Assembly: GCF_014268495.2 (NCBI RefSeq)
Contig: NZ_CP077087.1
Span: 3,338,709-3,378,708 of the forward strand
Reading direction: 5' to 3'
Source of the DNA: Pseudomonas monsensis
Lineage (GTDB): Bacteria; Pseudomonadota; Gammaproteobacteria; Pseudomonadales; Pseudomonadaceae
DNA: 40,000 nt
The notes under the pieces were generated by a model. That model did not search any database. It was not told the origin of the DNA and saw nothing but the letters and a program-made list of their open reading frames with translations. A program made the position numbers and the translations under genes. Position 1 is the first letter of the stretch. Each line of letters begins with the position of its first letter. Shown piece by piece: positions 26,260 through 34,783 of this stretch.

Positions 26260-26682
26260 ATGATCAGTAAAGCTTTTACCTACAAGGCAGTGGCGTGGCT
26301 TTCCGCGGCGTTCATCATGATTTCTGGAGAAACAAGTATGGCAAGCAGCCTCAGACTCGAAGATCCCTCGGTATTTGCCGGGCAATGGCAGGCGACGCTG
26401 ACGGCGCGCGAAGATGCGCCGCAGGCGCAGACCCTGCAGGACAAACCCTCGAACACGTGCGTCATCGAGCTGGAGGCCAATCAGACCCTGGGCAAAGGTG
26501 CCGACTGCCTGGGCGCATGGCTTGAGCAAACACCCATCGGCTGGTTTCCCGAGCCCGATGGCCTGTCGGTCACCGGTAAGGAAGGCTCAAGAATCCAGTT
26601 TTTCAGCCGACAACGTGATGGGCTTTATCTGACGACTTTGAAATCAGGCTTGGTGATTACACTTGAGCGCTCGGCGCAATAG
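26260..26682 (+). CDS. aprI: Alkaline protease inhibitor (Inh/AprI family), periplasmic
   Basis: A signal peptide is followed by the predicted mature N-terminus SSLRLEDPSVFAGQW. This resembles the SSL...AGQW trunk of P. aeruginosa APRin as I remember it. A GGAG lies 11 nt upstream. Confidence 0.85.
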   Translation: MISKAFTYKAVAWLSAAFIMISGETSMASSLRLEDPSVFAGQWQATLTAREDAPQAQTLQDKPSNTCVIELEANQTLGKGADCLGAWLEQTPIGWFPEPDGLSVTGKEGSRIQFFSRQRDGLYLTTLKSGLVITLERSAQ

Positions 26683-26868
26683 TCTTGATCAGGCAGCGCA
26701 TGAAAGGGTTTTAATATAAAGCGTCAATGAAAGGTTATAAGCCGCGATGTTCATGGCAGCTGCGCCGCATTAAATAGCGCTAGTTGTTATGAAAGTGTAA
26801 GCGGCCACCGGCAAAGAAAGCGCCGACTGTGTGCGGTTAATTAATTTGAAGTCTCGTCAAAGACTGGC

Positions 26869-26882
26869 GAGAGATATCTCTC
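26869..26882. promoter_or_regulatory. Perfect 14-bp palindrome GAGAGATATCTCTC abutting the aprD Shine-Dalgarno sequence
   Basis: Read directly. It ends 1 nt before AGGAA (26883-26887) and 11 nt before the aprD ATG. Its function is unknown. Confidence 0.3.
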
Positions 26883-26893
26883 AGGAATAATCA

Positions 26894-28669
26894 ATGAAGA
26901 TGGCGAAGGCCCCAGCCACCGCTCCCCTCATCAAGGCATTGGGTGACTATAAAAGCATTCTGATCAGCGTCGGTTGCTTTACCGCACTGATTAACGTGCT
27001 GATGCTGGTGCCCTCCATTTATATGCTTCAGGTGTATGACCGGGTACTGTCGTCGCAGAACGAAACCACCCTGGCGATGCTGTCGCTGATGGTCGTTGGT
27101 TTCTTTGCCTTTATCGGCCTGCTCGAGGTAATCCGCAGCTTCATCGTCATCCGCATCGGTAGCCAACTGGAGCGCCGTTTCAACCTGCGGGTCTATCAGG
27201 CCGCGTTCGAGCGCAACCTGTTCAAGGGCGAGGGCAATGCCGGGCAGTCGCTGGGCGACCTGACCCACATCCGCCAGTTCGTCACCGGGCCGGCGCTGTT
27301 TGCGTTTTTCGACGCGCCGTGGTTCCCGGTCTATCTGTTCGTGATTTACCTGTTCAACGTCTGGCTCGGCGTCCTCGCCACGGCGGGCGCGCTGCTGCTG
27401 ATCGCGCTGGCGTGCCTCAACGAATACATGACCAAAAAGCCGTTGGGCGATGCCGCCGGTTTTTCGCAGAAATCCAGTCAACTGGCGACCAGTCATTTGC
27501 ATAACGCCGAAACCATTCAGGCGATGGGCATGCTTGGTTCGCTGCGCAAGCGCTGGTTCCAGGTGCACTCGCGTTTCCTCGGCCTGCAGAATCAGGCCAG
27601 TGACACCGGGGCAGTGATCAGCTCGATGAGTAAAACCCTGCGCCTGTGCCTGCAATCGCTGGTGCTGGGGCTGGGTGCGTTGCTGGTGATCAAGGGCGAC
27701 ATGACCGCCGGGATGATGATCGCCGGTTCCATTCTGATGGGCCGCGTTCTGAGCCCGATCGACCAGTTGATCGCCGTGTGGAAACAGTGGAGCGGGGCGA
27801 AGCTGGCGTATCGCCGTCTCGACGCCTTGCTGCAAGCGTTTCCACCGAGCGACGAAGCGATGGCGTTGCCGGCGCCGAAAGGGCAGATCACCTTCGAGCA
27901 AGTCAGCGCGGGCCCACCGGGGCAACGTGCAGCGACCTTGCACATGGTCAATTTCCATCTGGGTGCCGGTGAAGTGCTGGGTGTGCTCGGGGCTTCCGGC
28001 TCCGGCAAGTCGACGCTGGCCCGAGTCCTCGTCGGCGTGTGGCCGACCCTCGGCGGCATCGTGCGCCTGGACGGCGCCGACATCCATCGCTGGAACCGCG
28101 ACCAGCTCGGTCCGTACATCGGCTACCTGCCGCAGGACATCGAACTGTTCAGCGGCAGCATCGCCGAGAACATTGCGCGGTTCAGCGAGGCCGACCCGCA
28201 GAAAGTGGTGGCGGCCGCACAACAGGCCGGCGTCCACGAGATGATCCTGCGTCTGCCGCAGGGCTACGACACACAACTGGGCGAGGACGGCAGCGGTCTG
28301 TCCGGCGGCCAGAAGCAGCGCGTGGCCCTGGCCCGCGCGATGTACGGCACGCCGAGTCTGGTGGTGCTGGACGAACCGAACTCCAACCTCGACACCGTCG
28401 GCGAAGCCGCCCTGGCCAGCGCCATCGCCCAGCTCAAGGCCCAGGGCACCACGGTGGTGCTGGTGACGCACCGTTCTTCGGTGCTGGCTCAGGCCGACAA
28501 GTTGCTGGTACTCAACGAGGGTCGTTTGCAGGCCTTCGGTCAGAGTCAGGAAGTGCTCAAGGCGCTGTCCGGCCAGCAGGAGCAACAACGTGAGAAAGCT
28601 GCACAAGCACCGGGCGGGCTCAGCATGAGCCGGCAGTACCAGCCCTCGACAAGGAATTCGGGTGTATGA
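26894..28669 (+). CDS. aprD: Type I secretion ABC transporter (permease + ATPase)
   Basis: An N-terminal transmembrane domain, then Walker A GASGSGKST, signature LSGGQKQR and Walker B LVVLDEP. Confidence 0.95.
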   Translation: MKMAKAPATAPLIKALGDYKSILISVGCFTALINVLMLVPSIYMLQVYDRVLSSQNETTLAMLSLMVVGFFAFIGLLEVIRSFIVIRIGSQLERRFNLRVYQAAFERNLFKGEGNAGQSLGDLTHIRQFVTGPALFAFFDAPWFPVYLFVIYLFNVWLGVLATAGALLLIALACLNEYMTKKPLGDAAGFSQKSSQLATSHLHNAETIQAMGMLGSLRKRWFQVHSRFLGLQNQASDTGAVISSMSKTLRLCLQSLVLGLGALLVIKGDMTAGMMIAGSILMGRVLSPIDQLIAVWKQWSGAKLAYRRLDALLQAFPPSDEAMALPAPKGQITFEQVSAGPPGQRAATLHMVNFHLGAGEVLGVLGASGSGKSTLARVLVGVWPTLGGIVRLDGADIHRWNRDQLGPYIGYLPQDIELFSGSIAENIARFSEADPQKVVAAAQQAGVHEMILRLPQGYDTQLGEDGSGLSGGQKQRVALARAMYGTPSLVVLDEPNSNLDTVGEAALASAIAQLKAQGTTVVLVTHRSSVLAQADKLLVLNEGRLQAFGQSQEVLKALSGQQEQQREKAAQAPGGLSMSRQYQPSTRNSGV

Positions 28670-30015
28670 GCAGCGCCAGCATGAACACTGAAAACGAAGC
28701 GAACATGGAACACGCCTACATCACTGAACGCCCGGAGCGCGACGCGAAGTTTTTCGCCCGCATGGGCTGGATTCTGGCCATCGTCGGCGCCGGCAGCTTC
28801 TTCACCTGGGCGGCATTGGCGCCGCTGGATCAGGGGATTCCGGTGCAGGGCACCGTGGTGGTGACAGGCAAACGCAAAGCCGTGCAGTCAATGAGCAGCG
28901 GTGTGGTCAGCCGCATTCTGGTGCGCGAAGGCGAGATCGTGAAACAGGGGCAACCGCTGTTTCGTCTCGACCAGACCCAGGTTGCGGCTGACGTGCAATC
29001 GCTGCAAGCGCAATACCGCATGGCCTGGGCCAGCCTGGCGCGTTGGCAGGCCGAGCGTGACAACCTCAAGCAGGTGACCTTTCCGGCCGAACTGAGCAGT
29101 GATCCGGACCCGCGTCTGGCCCTGGTGCTCGAAGGCCAGCGTCAACTGTTCAGCAGCCGTCGCGAAGCGTTCTACCGCGAGCAGGCCGGGTTGCGCGCCA
29201 GCATCGAAGGCGCCACCGCGCAACTGGCCGGCATGCGCCGTGCGCGCACTGATCTCAATGCCCAGGCCGATTCGCTGCAGCAACAACTGAGCAACCTGCA
29301 GCCGCTGGCAGACAACGGCTACATCCCGCGCAACCGTTTGATGGAATATCAGCGTCAATTGTCGCAAGTGCAGCAGCAACTGGCAGAGAACACCGGGGAA
29401 AGCGGCCGTGTGGAGCAGGGCATCCTCGAATCGCGGCTGAAACTGCAACAGCACGGCGAGGAATATCAGAAGGAAGTTCGCACGCAACTGGCCGATGCCC
29501 AGTTGAAAAGCGTCACGCTGTCCGAGCAACTGACCTCCGCCGGTTTCGACCTGCAACACAGCGAGATTGTCGCCACCGCCGATGGCGTGGCGGTCAACCT
29601 CGGTGTGCACACCGAAGGCGCCGTGGTCCGGCAGGGCGAAACCCTGCTGGAGATCGTACCCCAAGGCACCAGCCTGGAAGTGGAAGGGCACTTGCCGATC
29701 AACCTGATCGACAAGGTCGGCACGCATTTGCCGGTGGACATCCTGTTCACCGCGTTCAACCAGAGCAAAACCCCGCGGGTACCGGGTGAAGTCAGCCTGA
29801 TTTCTGCCGACCAGATGATCGACGAGAAAACCGGCGTGCCGTACTACGTGTTGCGCAGCAGTGTCAGTGATCAGGCCATGGAAAAACTCAACGGTCTGGT
29901 GATCAAGCCCGGCATGCCGGCAGAGATGTTCGTGCGTACCGGTGAACGTTCACTCCTCAACTATCTGTTCAAACCGCTGCTCGACCGGGCAGGCTCCGCG
30001 TTGACCGAGGAATAA
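28666..30015 (+). CDS. aprE: Type I secretion membrane-fusion protein (HlyD family)
   Basis: It overlaps aprD by ATGA. It has a single N-terminal TM segment, long coiled-coil Q/L-rich segments and the C-terminal tail SLLNYLFKPL. Confidence 0.9.
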   Translation: MSSASMNTENEANMEHAYITERPERDAKFFARMGWILAIVGAGSFFTWAALAPLDQGIPVQGTVVVTGKRKAVQSMSSGVVSRILVREGEIVKQGQPLFRLDQTQVAADVQSLQAQYRMAWASLARWQAERDNLKQVTFPAELSSDPDPRLALVLEGQRQLFSSRREAFYREQAGLRASIEGATAQLAGMRRARTDLNAQADSLQQQLSNLQPLADNGYIPRNRLMEYQRQLSQVQQQLAENTGESGRVEQGILESRLKLQQHGEEYQKEVRTQLADAQLKSVTLSEQLTSAGFDLQHSEIVATADGVAVNLGVHTEGAVVRQGETLLEIVPQGTSLEVEGHLPINLIDKVGTHLPVDILFTAFNQSKTPRVPGEVSLISADQMIDEKTGVPYYVLRSSVSDQAMEKLNGLVIKPGMPAEMFVRTGERSLLNYLFKPLLDRAGSALTEE

Positions 30016-30017
30016 GG

Positions 30018-31388
30018 ATGTTCGGCTGTATGAATAAGCTTTCCATGCTCGCGGCGGCAATGATGCTCCTGACGAGTCACACAGCAGTGGCGGCGATGGG
30101 GCCGTTCGAGATTTACGAACAAGCGTTGCGCAACGACCCGGTGTTCCTCGGCGCGATCAAGGAGCGTGATGCCGGCCTGGAGAACCGCGCCATTGGCCGC
30201 GCCGGGCTGTTGCCGAAAATCGGTTACACCTACAACAAGGGCCGTAACTCGTCGAAGGCGACCTCGCTCGACGAACGTGCGCGCAATCGTACCGATGACC
30301 GCAACTACAGCAGTTACGGCTCGGCCCTGACCCTGCAACAACCGTTGCTCGACTACGAGGCTTATGCCGCGTATCGCAAAGGCGTGGCGCAGTCGCTGTT
30401 CGCCGACGAGAACTTCCGTGGCAAGAGTCAGGAACTGTTGGTGCGGGTACTGGACAACTACACCAAGGCCTTGTTTGCCCAGGATCAGATTGATATCGCC
30501 CAGGCGAAGAAGAAGGCCTACGAGCAGCAGTTCCAGCAAAACGAGCACATGTTCAAACAGGGCGAGGGCACCCGCACCGACATTCTCGAAGCCGAGTCGC
30601 GTTACGAACTGGCGACCGCCGAAGAGATCGAGGCGCGCAACGAGCAGGATGCCGCGCTGCGTGAACTGGGCGCTCTGGTCGGTGTGCCGGCGGTGGATAT
30701 CGGTGATCTGGTGCCGCTGAATCAGAACTTCCAGACCTTCGCGCTGATGCCGGCCAACTACGACACCTGGCACGAAATGGCGATCAGCAATAACCCCAAC
30801 CTGGCGTCGCAACGCCAGGCGGTGGAAGTGGCACGCTACGAAGTGGAGCGCAACCGCGCCGGGCACTTGCCGAAAGTCAGCGCCTACGCGTCGATGCGGC
30901 AGAACGAATCGGAAAGCGGCAATACCTACAACCAGCGGTACGAAACCAACACCATCGGTTTTGAAGTCAGCGTGCCGTTGTATGCCGGTGGCGGGGTGTC
31001 GGCATCGACGCGCCAGGCCAGTCGCACCATGGAACAGGCGGAGTACGAACTGGATGGCAAGACGCGCGAGACACTGATCGAGCTGCGGCGTCAGTTCAGT
31101 GCGTGCCTGTCCGGGGTGAGCAAATTGCGTGCTTATCAGAAAGCGCTGACCTCGGCGGAAGCGCTGGTGGTGTCGACCAAACAAAGCATTCTCGGCGGCG
31201 AACGGACCAACCTCGACGCCTTGAATGCCGAACAGCAACTGTTCACCACCCGCCGCGATCTGGCGCAGGCGCGGTACGACTATTTGATGGCCTGGACCAA
31301 ATTGCATTACTACGCCGGGACCTTGAACGAACAGGATCTGGCGCGGGTGGATGAAGCTTTTGTGGTAGCTCAAGAGCCCTCACCCTAA
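30018..31388 (+). CDS. aprF: Type I secretion outer-membrane factor (TolC family)
   Basis: A signal peptide and two TolC-like repeat halves. The start may instead be ATG 30030 (MNKLSML...), which has better SD spacing. Confidence 0.9.
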   Translation: MFGCMNKLSMLAAAMMLLTSHTAVAAMGPFEIYEQALRNDPVFLGAIKERDAGLENRAIGRAGLLPKIGYTYNKGRNSSKATSLDERARNRTDDRNYSSYGSALTLQQPLLDYEAYAAYRKGVAQSLFADENFRGKSQELLVRVLDNYTKALFAQDQIDIAQAKKKAYEQQFQQNEHMFKQGEGTRTDILEAESRYELATAEEIEARNEQDAALRELGALVGVPAVDIGDLVPLNQNFQTFALMPANYDTWHEMAISNNPNLASQRQAVEVARYEVERNRAGHLPKVSAYASMRQNESESGNTYNQRYETNTIGFEVSVPLYAGGGVSASTRQASRTMEQAEYELDGKTRETLIELRRQFSACLSGVSKLRAYQKALTSAEALVVSTKQSILGGERTNLDALNAEQQLFTTRRDLAQARYDYLMAWTKLHYYAGTLNEQDLARVDEAFVVAQEPSP

Positions 31389-31556
31389 CCCTCTCCCAGA
31401 GGGAGAGGGGACCGATTGGGGGATATTTCAGAGGTACACCGACCTGATCGAGCGGCGCTGAATCCACAATCGACCCGTTTCTTCAGGTCGTTGAATGACG
31501 CAAGACAGCTCGGTCTGCTCCCTCTCCCTCGGGGAGAGGGCTGGGGTGAGGGGAAC
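31377..31556. repeat. Inverted pair of CCCTCACCC-N-CCCTCTCCC-NNN-GGGAGAGGG type REP elements in the aprF-prtA spacer
   Basis: Copy 1 is 31377-31412, with hairpin 31389-31409 starting directly after the aprF stop. Copy 2 is 31517-31556 in reverse orientation, with hairpin 31520-31540. Confidence 0.7.
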
Positions 31557-31607
31557 AGGCAGCACCGCAGACAAACCTGCATAAAACAATAAAAGTGAGT
31601 GGTGAAC

Positions 31608-34559
31608 ATGGACGTACGCTTCAAGCCGGCATCGGTCGGCACCCTGTTGCTTGCAGTTTCTGTTGCGCAGGCCCAGGCGCAGTACCTGGAAACCGGCAAA
31701 CCCGGCGATCCCGCCAGTTGGCGCAGCACCGAGTTTCTGCGCGACTGGGGCCTGGAACGCATGCAGGCCGACCAAGCCTATGCCGCCGGCATCACCGGCA
31801 AAGGGGTGAAAATCGGCGCGCTCGATTCCGGTTTCGATGCCGCCCATCCCGAGTTCGCCAGCGACCGCTATCACCCGGTACTGGCCAGCGGCAGCTACGT
31901 TGACGGCTCGCTGTTCAACGTCGACGGCACCCTCAACCCGAACAACGACTCCCACGGCACCCACGTGGTCGGCACCATGGGGGCGTCCCGCGACGGCAGC
32001 GGCATGCACGGGGTGGCGTATAACGCGCAGCTCTACGTCGGCAACACCAACAAGAACGACAGCTTCCTGTTCGGCCCCAACCCCGACCCGCGTTATTTCA
32101 AAGCGGTGTATAACGCCCTGGCCGATGCCGGCGTGCGCGCGATCAACAACAGCTGGGGCAGTCAGCCGCCGGATGTCAGCTATCGCACCCTGGCCGATCT
32201 GCACGCCGCCTACGCCCAACACTACAACCAAGGCACGTGGCTCGACGCCGCAGGCGACGTGTCGCGCCGTGGTGTGATCAACGTGTTCAGTGCCGGCAAC
32301 AGCGGTTACCCGAATGCCAGCGTGCGTTCGGCGCTGCCGTACTTTCAGCCGGACCTTGAAGGTCACTGGCTGGCCGTCTCCGGGCTCGACCAAGGCAATC
32401 AGCAGAAGTACAACCAATGCGGTCTCGCCAAGTACTGGTGCATCACCACGCCGGGGGCGAAGATCGACAGCACCATCCCCGGTGGCGGTTACGCGATCAA
32501 GTCCGGCACCTCGATGGCGGCGCCGCACGCCACTGGCGCCCTGGCGCTGGTGATGGAGCGTTACCCGTACATGAACAATCAGCAGGCGCTTGAAGTACTG
32601 CTGACCACCGCCACGCAGCTCGATGGCTCGGCTACCGACGCACCGACCGCTCAGGTCGGCTGGGGCGTGGTCAACCTGAACCGGGCCATGCGCGGGCCGG
32701 GCCAGTTGCTCGGCGCGTTCGATGCCAGTCTGGGGGCGGGGCAGCGCGATATCTGGAGCAATGACATCTCCGACAAGGCACTGATCCAGCGTCAGAGCGA
32801 GGATCTCGCCGAGCACAATGCCTGGCAGCAAACCCTGCAGGACAAGGGCTGGCAGAACGGCGTCCCGGGCGGTGCCAGTCAGCAGGATCAGACCGACTAT
32901 GCCATCGGCAGCGCCCGCGACGCAGCGGCGGCGCAGCGGATTTATCAGGGCAGCCTGATCAAGTCCGGCGCCGGGCAGCTGATTCTTACCGGCAACAATA
33001 CCTATCGCGGCCCGACCACGGTCAATGGCGGCTTGTTGACGGTGAACGGTGCGCTGACGTCTGCCGTGACCGTGAACGACAACGCTACGCTCGGCGGTTC
33101 CGGGCGCATCGGCGCATTGACCGCCAACAGCGGCAGCCGCGTGGCGCCGGGCAATTCCATCGGCACCTTGAACGTGGCCGGTGACGTGACCTTCGCGCCG
33201 GGTTCGACTTACGCGGTAGAACTCTCGCCGACCAGCAGCGATCGGATCGTTGCCGGCGGCACGGCAACCGTTAGCGGCGCCACGGTCAGCCTGTCGCTGG
33301 AAAACAGCCCGACACTGCTCAGCAGCGCCGAGACGCAAAGCCTGCTCGGGCGCCAGTACGACATCCTGCAAGCGGCGGGCGGCATACAGGGCCGGTTCGG
33401 TGCGGTGCTGCCGAATTACCTGTTTATCGGTGGCAGCCTCGACTATTCCGGCAACGGCATTCAGCTCGACATAGAACGTAATGCAACCGCGTTCGCCAGC
33501 GTCGGCCAGACCCCGAACCAACGTGCGGTGGCGGCGGCGGTGGAAGGTCTCGGCGCCGGCAATTCGGTGTACGAAAGCCTGTTGCTGGCGGCCGACGCGC
33601 CGGCCGCGCAACAAGCCTTCCAGCAGTTGAGCGGCGAGATCTATCCGGCGCTCGGCTCGATGCTGATCAATGACAGCCGCCAGTTGCGCGACGCGTTGGG
33701 TGAACGTCTGCACGATGCCTCGGCGGCGCACAGCAACGGCTGGATCAAGGCCCTCGGCGCCTGGGGCACCACCGATTCGAGCCATGACACGGCGGGTTAC
33801 AGCACCTCGATTGGCGGCCTGCTGGCCGGTGTCGACGGCGCCCTCGACGAGCAGACCCGCATCGGTCTGGTCACCGGCTACAGCGACAGCTCATTGAGCA
33901 TGGGCTCGGGCACGCATTCATCGGCCAAGGTCGACAGCTATCACCTCGGCGCGTACGCCGGCCATGAAACCGGCGCCTGGCGCTTGAGCACCGGAGCGGC
34001 GTACAGCTGGCACCGTGCGGATGTGAAGCGCGACTTGCAGTACGGCAACGTCAGCGGCAAACAGAAGGCCAAGGTCGATGCGAGCACCACGCAAGTGTTC
34101 GGTGAAGCGGCGTATCGACTGCACCTGCAACCGTTGGCACTGGAGCCGTTCGCCAACCTCGCGTATGTGCACCTGGACACCGAAGGCTTCAGGGAAAAGG
34201 GCAATGCAGCGGCACTGAAAAGCACCGGCGACCAGCGTGATGCGGTACTGAGCACCCTCGGTGTGCGCGTGCTGAAGACCTTCAACCTGTCGGCGCAGCA
34301 ATCGCTGGACGTCAGCGGCCACCTCGGCTGGCAGCACAGCCTGAGCGCTATCGACTCCGGGCAGCACCTGCGTTTTGCCAGCGGCGGCACGCCGTATTCG
34401 GTGGAGAGCTCGGCACTGCTGCGCGATGCCGCATTGGTGGGCGTGCAGGCCGGCCTGGCGTTGAGCAAGGACGTGCGGGTGAACCTCGATTACACCGGAC
34501 AACTGGCCAGCCGCGAAAAGAGTCATGGCGTTGGCTTGAGTTTGAACTGGCAGTTCTGA
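31608..34559 (+). CDS. prtA: Autotransporter (T5aSS) subtilisin-like serine protease homologue
   Basis: Signal peptide MDVRFKPASVGTLLLAVSVAQAQA. S8 triad contexts GALDSGF, HGTHVVG and GTSMAAPH. A C-terminal autotransporter barrel ends ...GLSLNWQF. Confidence 0.9.
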   Translation: MDVRFKPASVGTLLLAVSVAQAQAQYLETGKPGDPASWRSTEFLRDWGLERMQADQAYAAGITGKGVKIGALDSGFDAAHPEFASDRYHPVLASGSYVDGSLFNVDGTLNPNNDSHGTHVVGTMGASRDGSGMHGVAYNAQLYVGNTNKNDSFLFGPNPDPRYFKAVYNALADAGVRAINNSWGSQPPDVSYRTLADLHAAYAQHYNQGTWLDAAGDVSRRGVINVFSAGNSGYPNASVRSALPYFQPDLEGHWLAVSGLDQGNQQKYNQCGLAKYWCITTPGAKIDSTIPGGGYAIKSGTSMAAPHATGALALVMERYPYMNNQQALEVLLTTATQLDGSATDAPTAQVGWGVVNLNRAMRGPGQLLGAFDASLGAGQRDIWSNDISDKALIQRQSEDLAEHNAWQQTLQDKGWQNGVPGGASQQDQTDYAIGSARDAAAAQRIYQGSLIKSGAGQLILTGNNTYRGPTTVNGGLLTVNGALTSAVTVNDNATLGGSGRIGALTANSGSRVAPGNSIGTLNVAGDVTFAPGSTYAVELSPTSSDRIVAGGTATVSGATVSLSLENSPTLLSSAETQSLLGRQYDILQAAGGIQGRFGAVLPNYLFIGGSLDYSGNGIQLDIERNATAFASVGQTPNQRAVAAAVEGLGAGNSVYESLLLAADAPAAQQAFQQLSGEIYPALGSMLINDSRQLRDALGERLHDASAAHSNGWIKALGAWGTTDSSHDTAGYSTSIGGLLAGVDGALDEQTRIGLVTGYSDSSLSMGSGTHSSAKVDSYHLGAYAGHETGAWRLSTGAAYSWHRADVKRDLQYGNVSGKQKAKVDASTTQVFGEAAYRLHLQPLALEPFANLAYVHLDTEGFREKGNAAALKSTGDQRDAVLSTLGVRVLKTFNLSAQQSLDVSGHLGWQHSLSAIDSGQHLRFASGGTPYSVESSALLRDAALVGVQAGLALSKDVRVNLDYTGQLASREKSHGVGLSLNWQF

Positions 34560-34580
34560 CCGAGGGGAGGGACGCCAATC

Positions 34581-34725
34581 CCTGCAGGAGCTGCGGCAGG
34601 CTGCGCAAACACAGACCTGTGGCGAGGGGATTTATCCCCGTTCGGCTGCGCAGCAGTCGCAGACCCATACGACTCGGTTTGCCTGAAAGGTTGCAGGGGG
34701 CCGCTTAAATCCCCTCGCCACAAGG
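34581..34725. repeat. REP cluster in the prtA-prtB spacer
   Basis: CCTGCAGGAGCTGCGGCAGGCTGCG (34581-34605), CCTGTGGCGAGGGGATTTATCCCCG... (34616-34660), and the inverted partner AAATCCCCTCGCCACAAGG (34707-34725). Confidence 0.7.
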
Positions 34726-34783
34726 CAGTGCATGCATTCGAGATAAACGGATTTTTCGCAACATCACTAAGGAAGGTCGCTGG

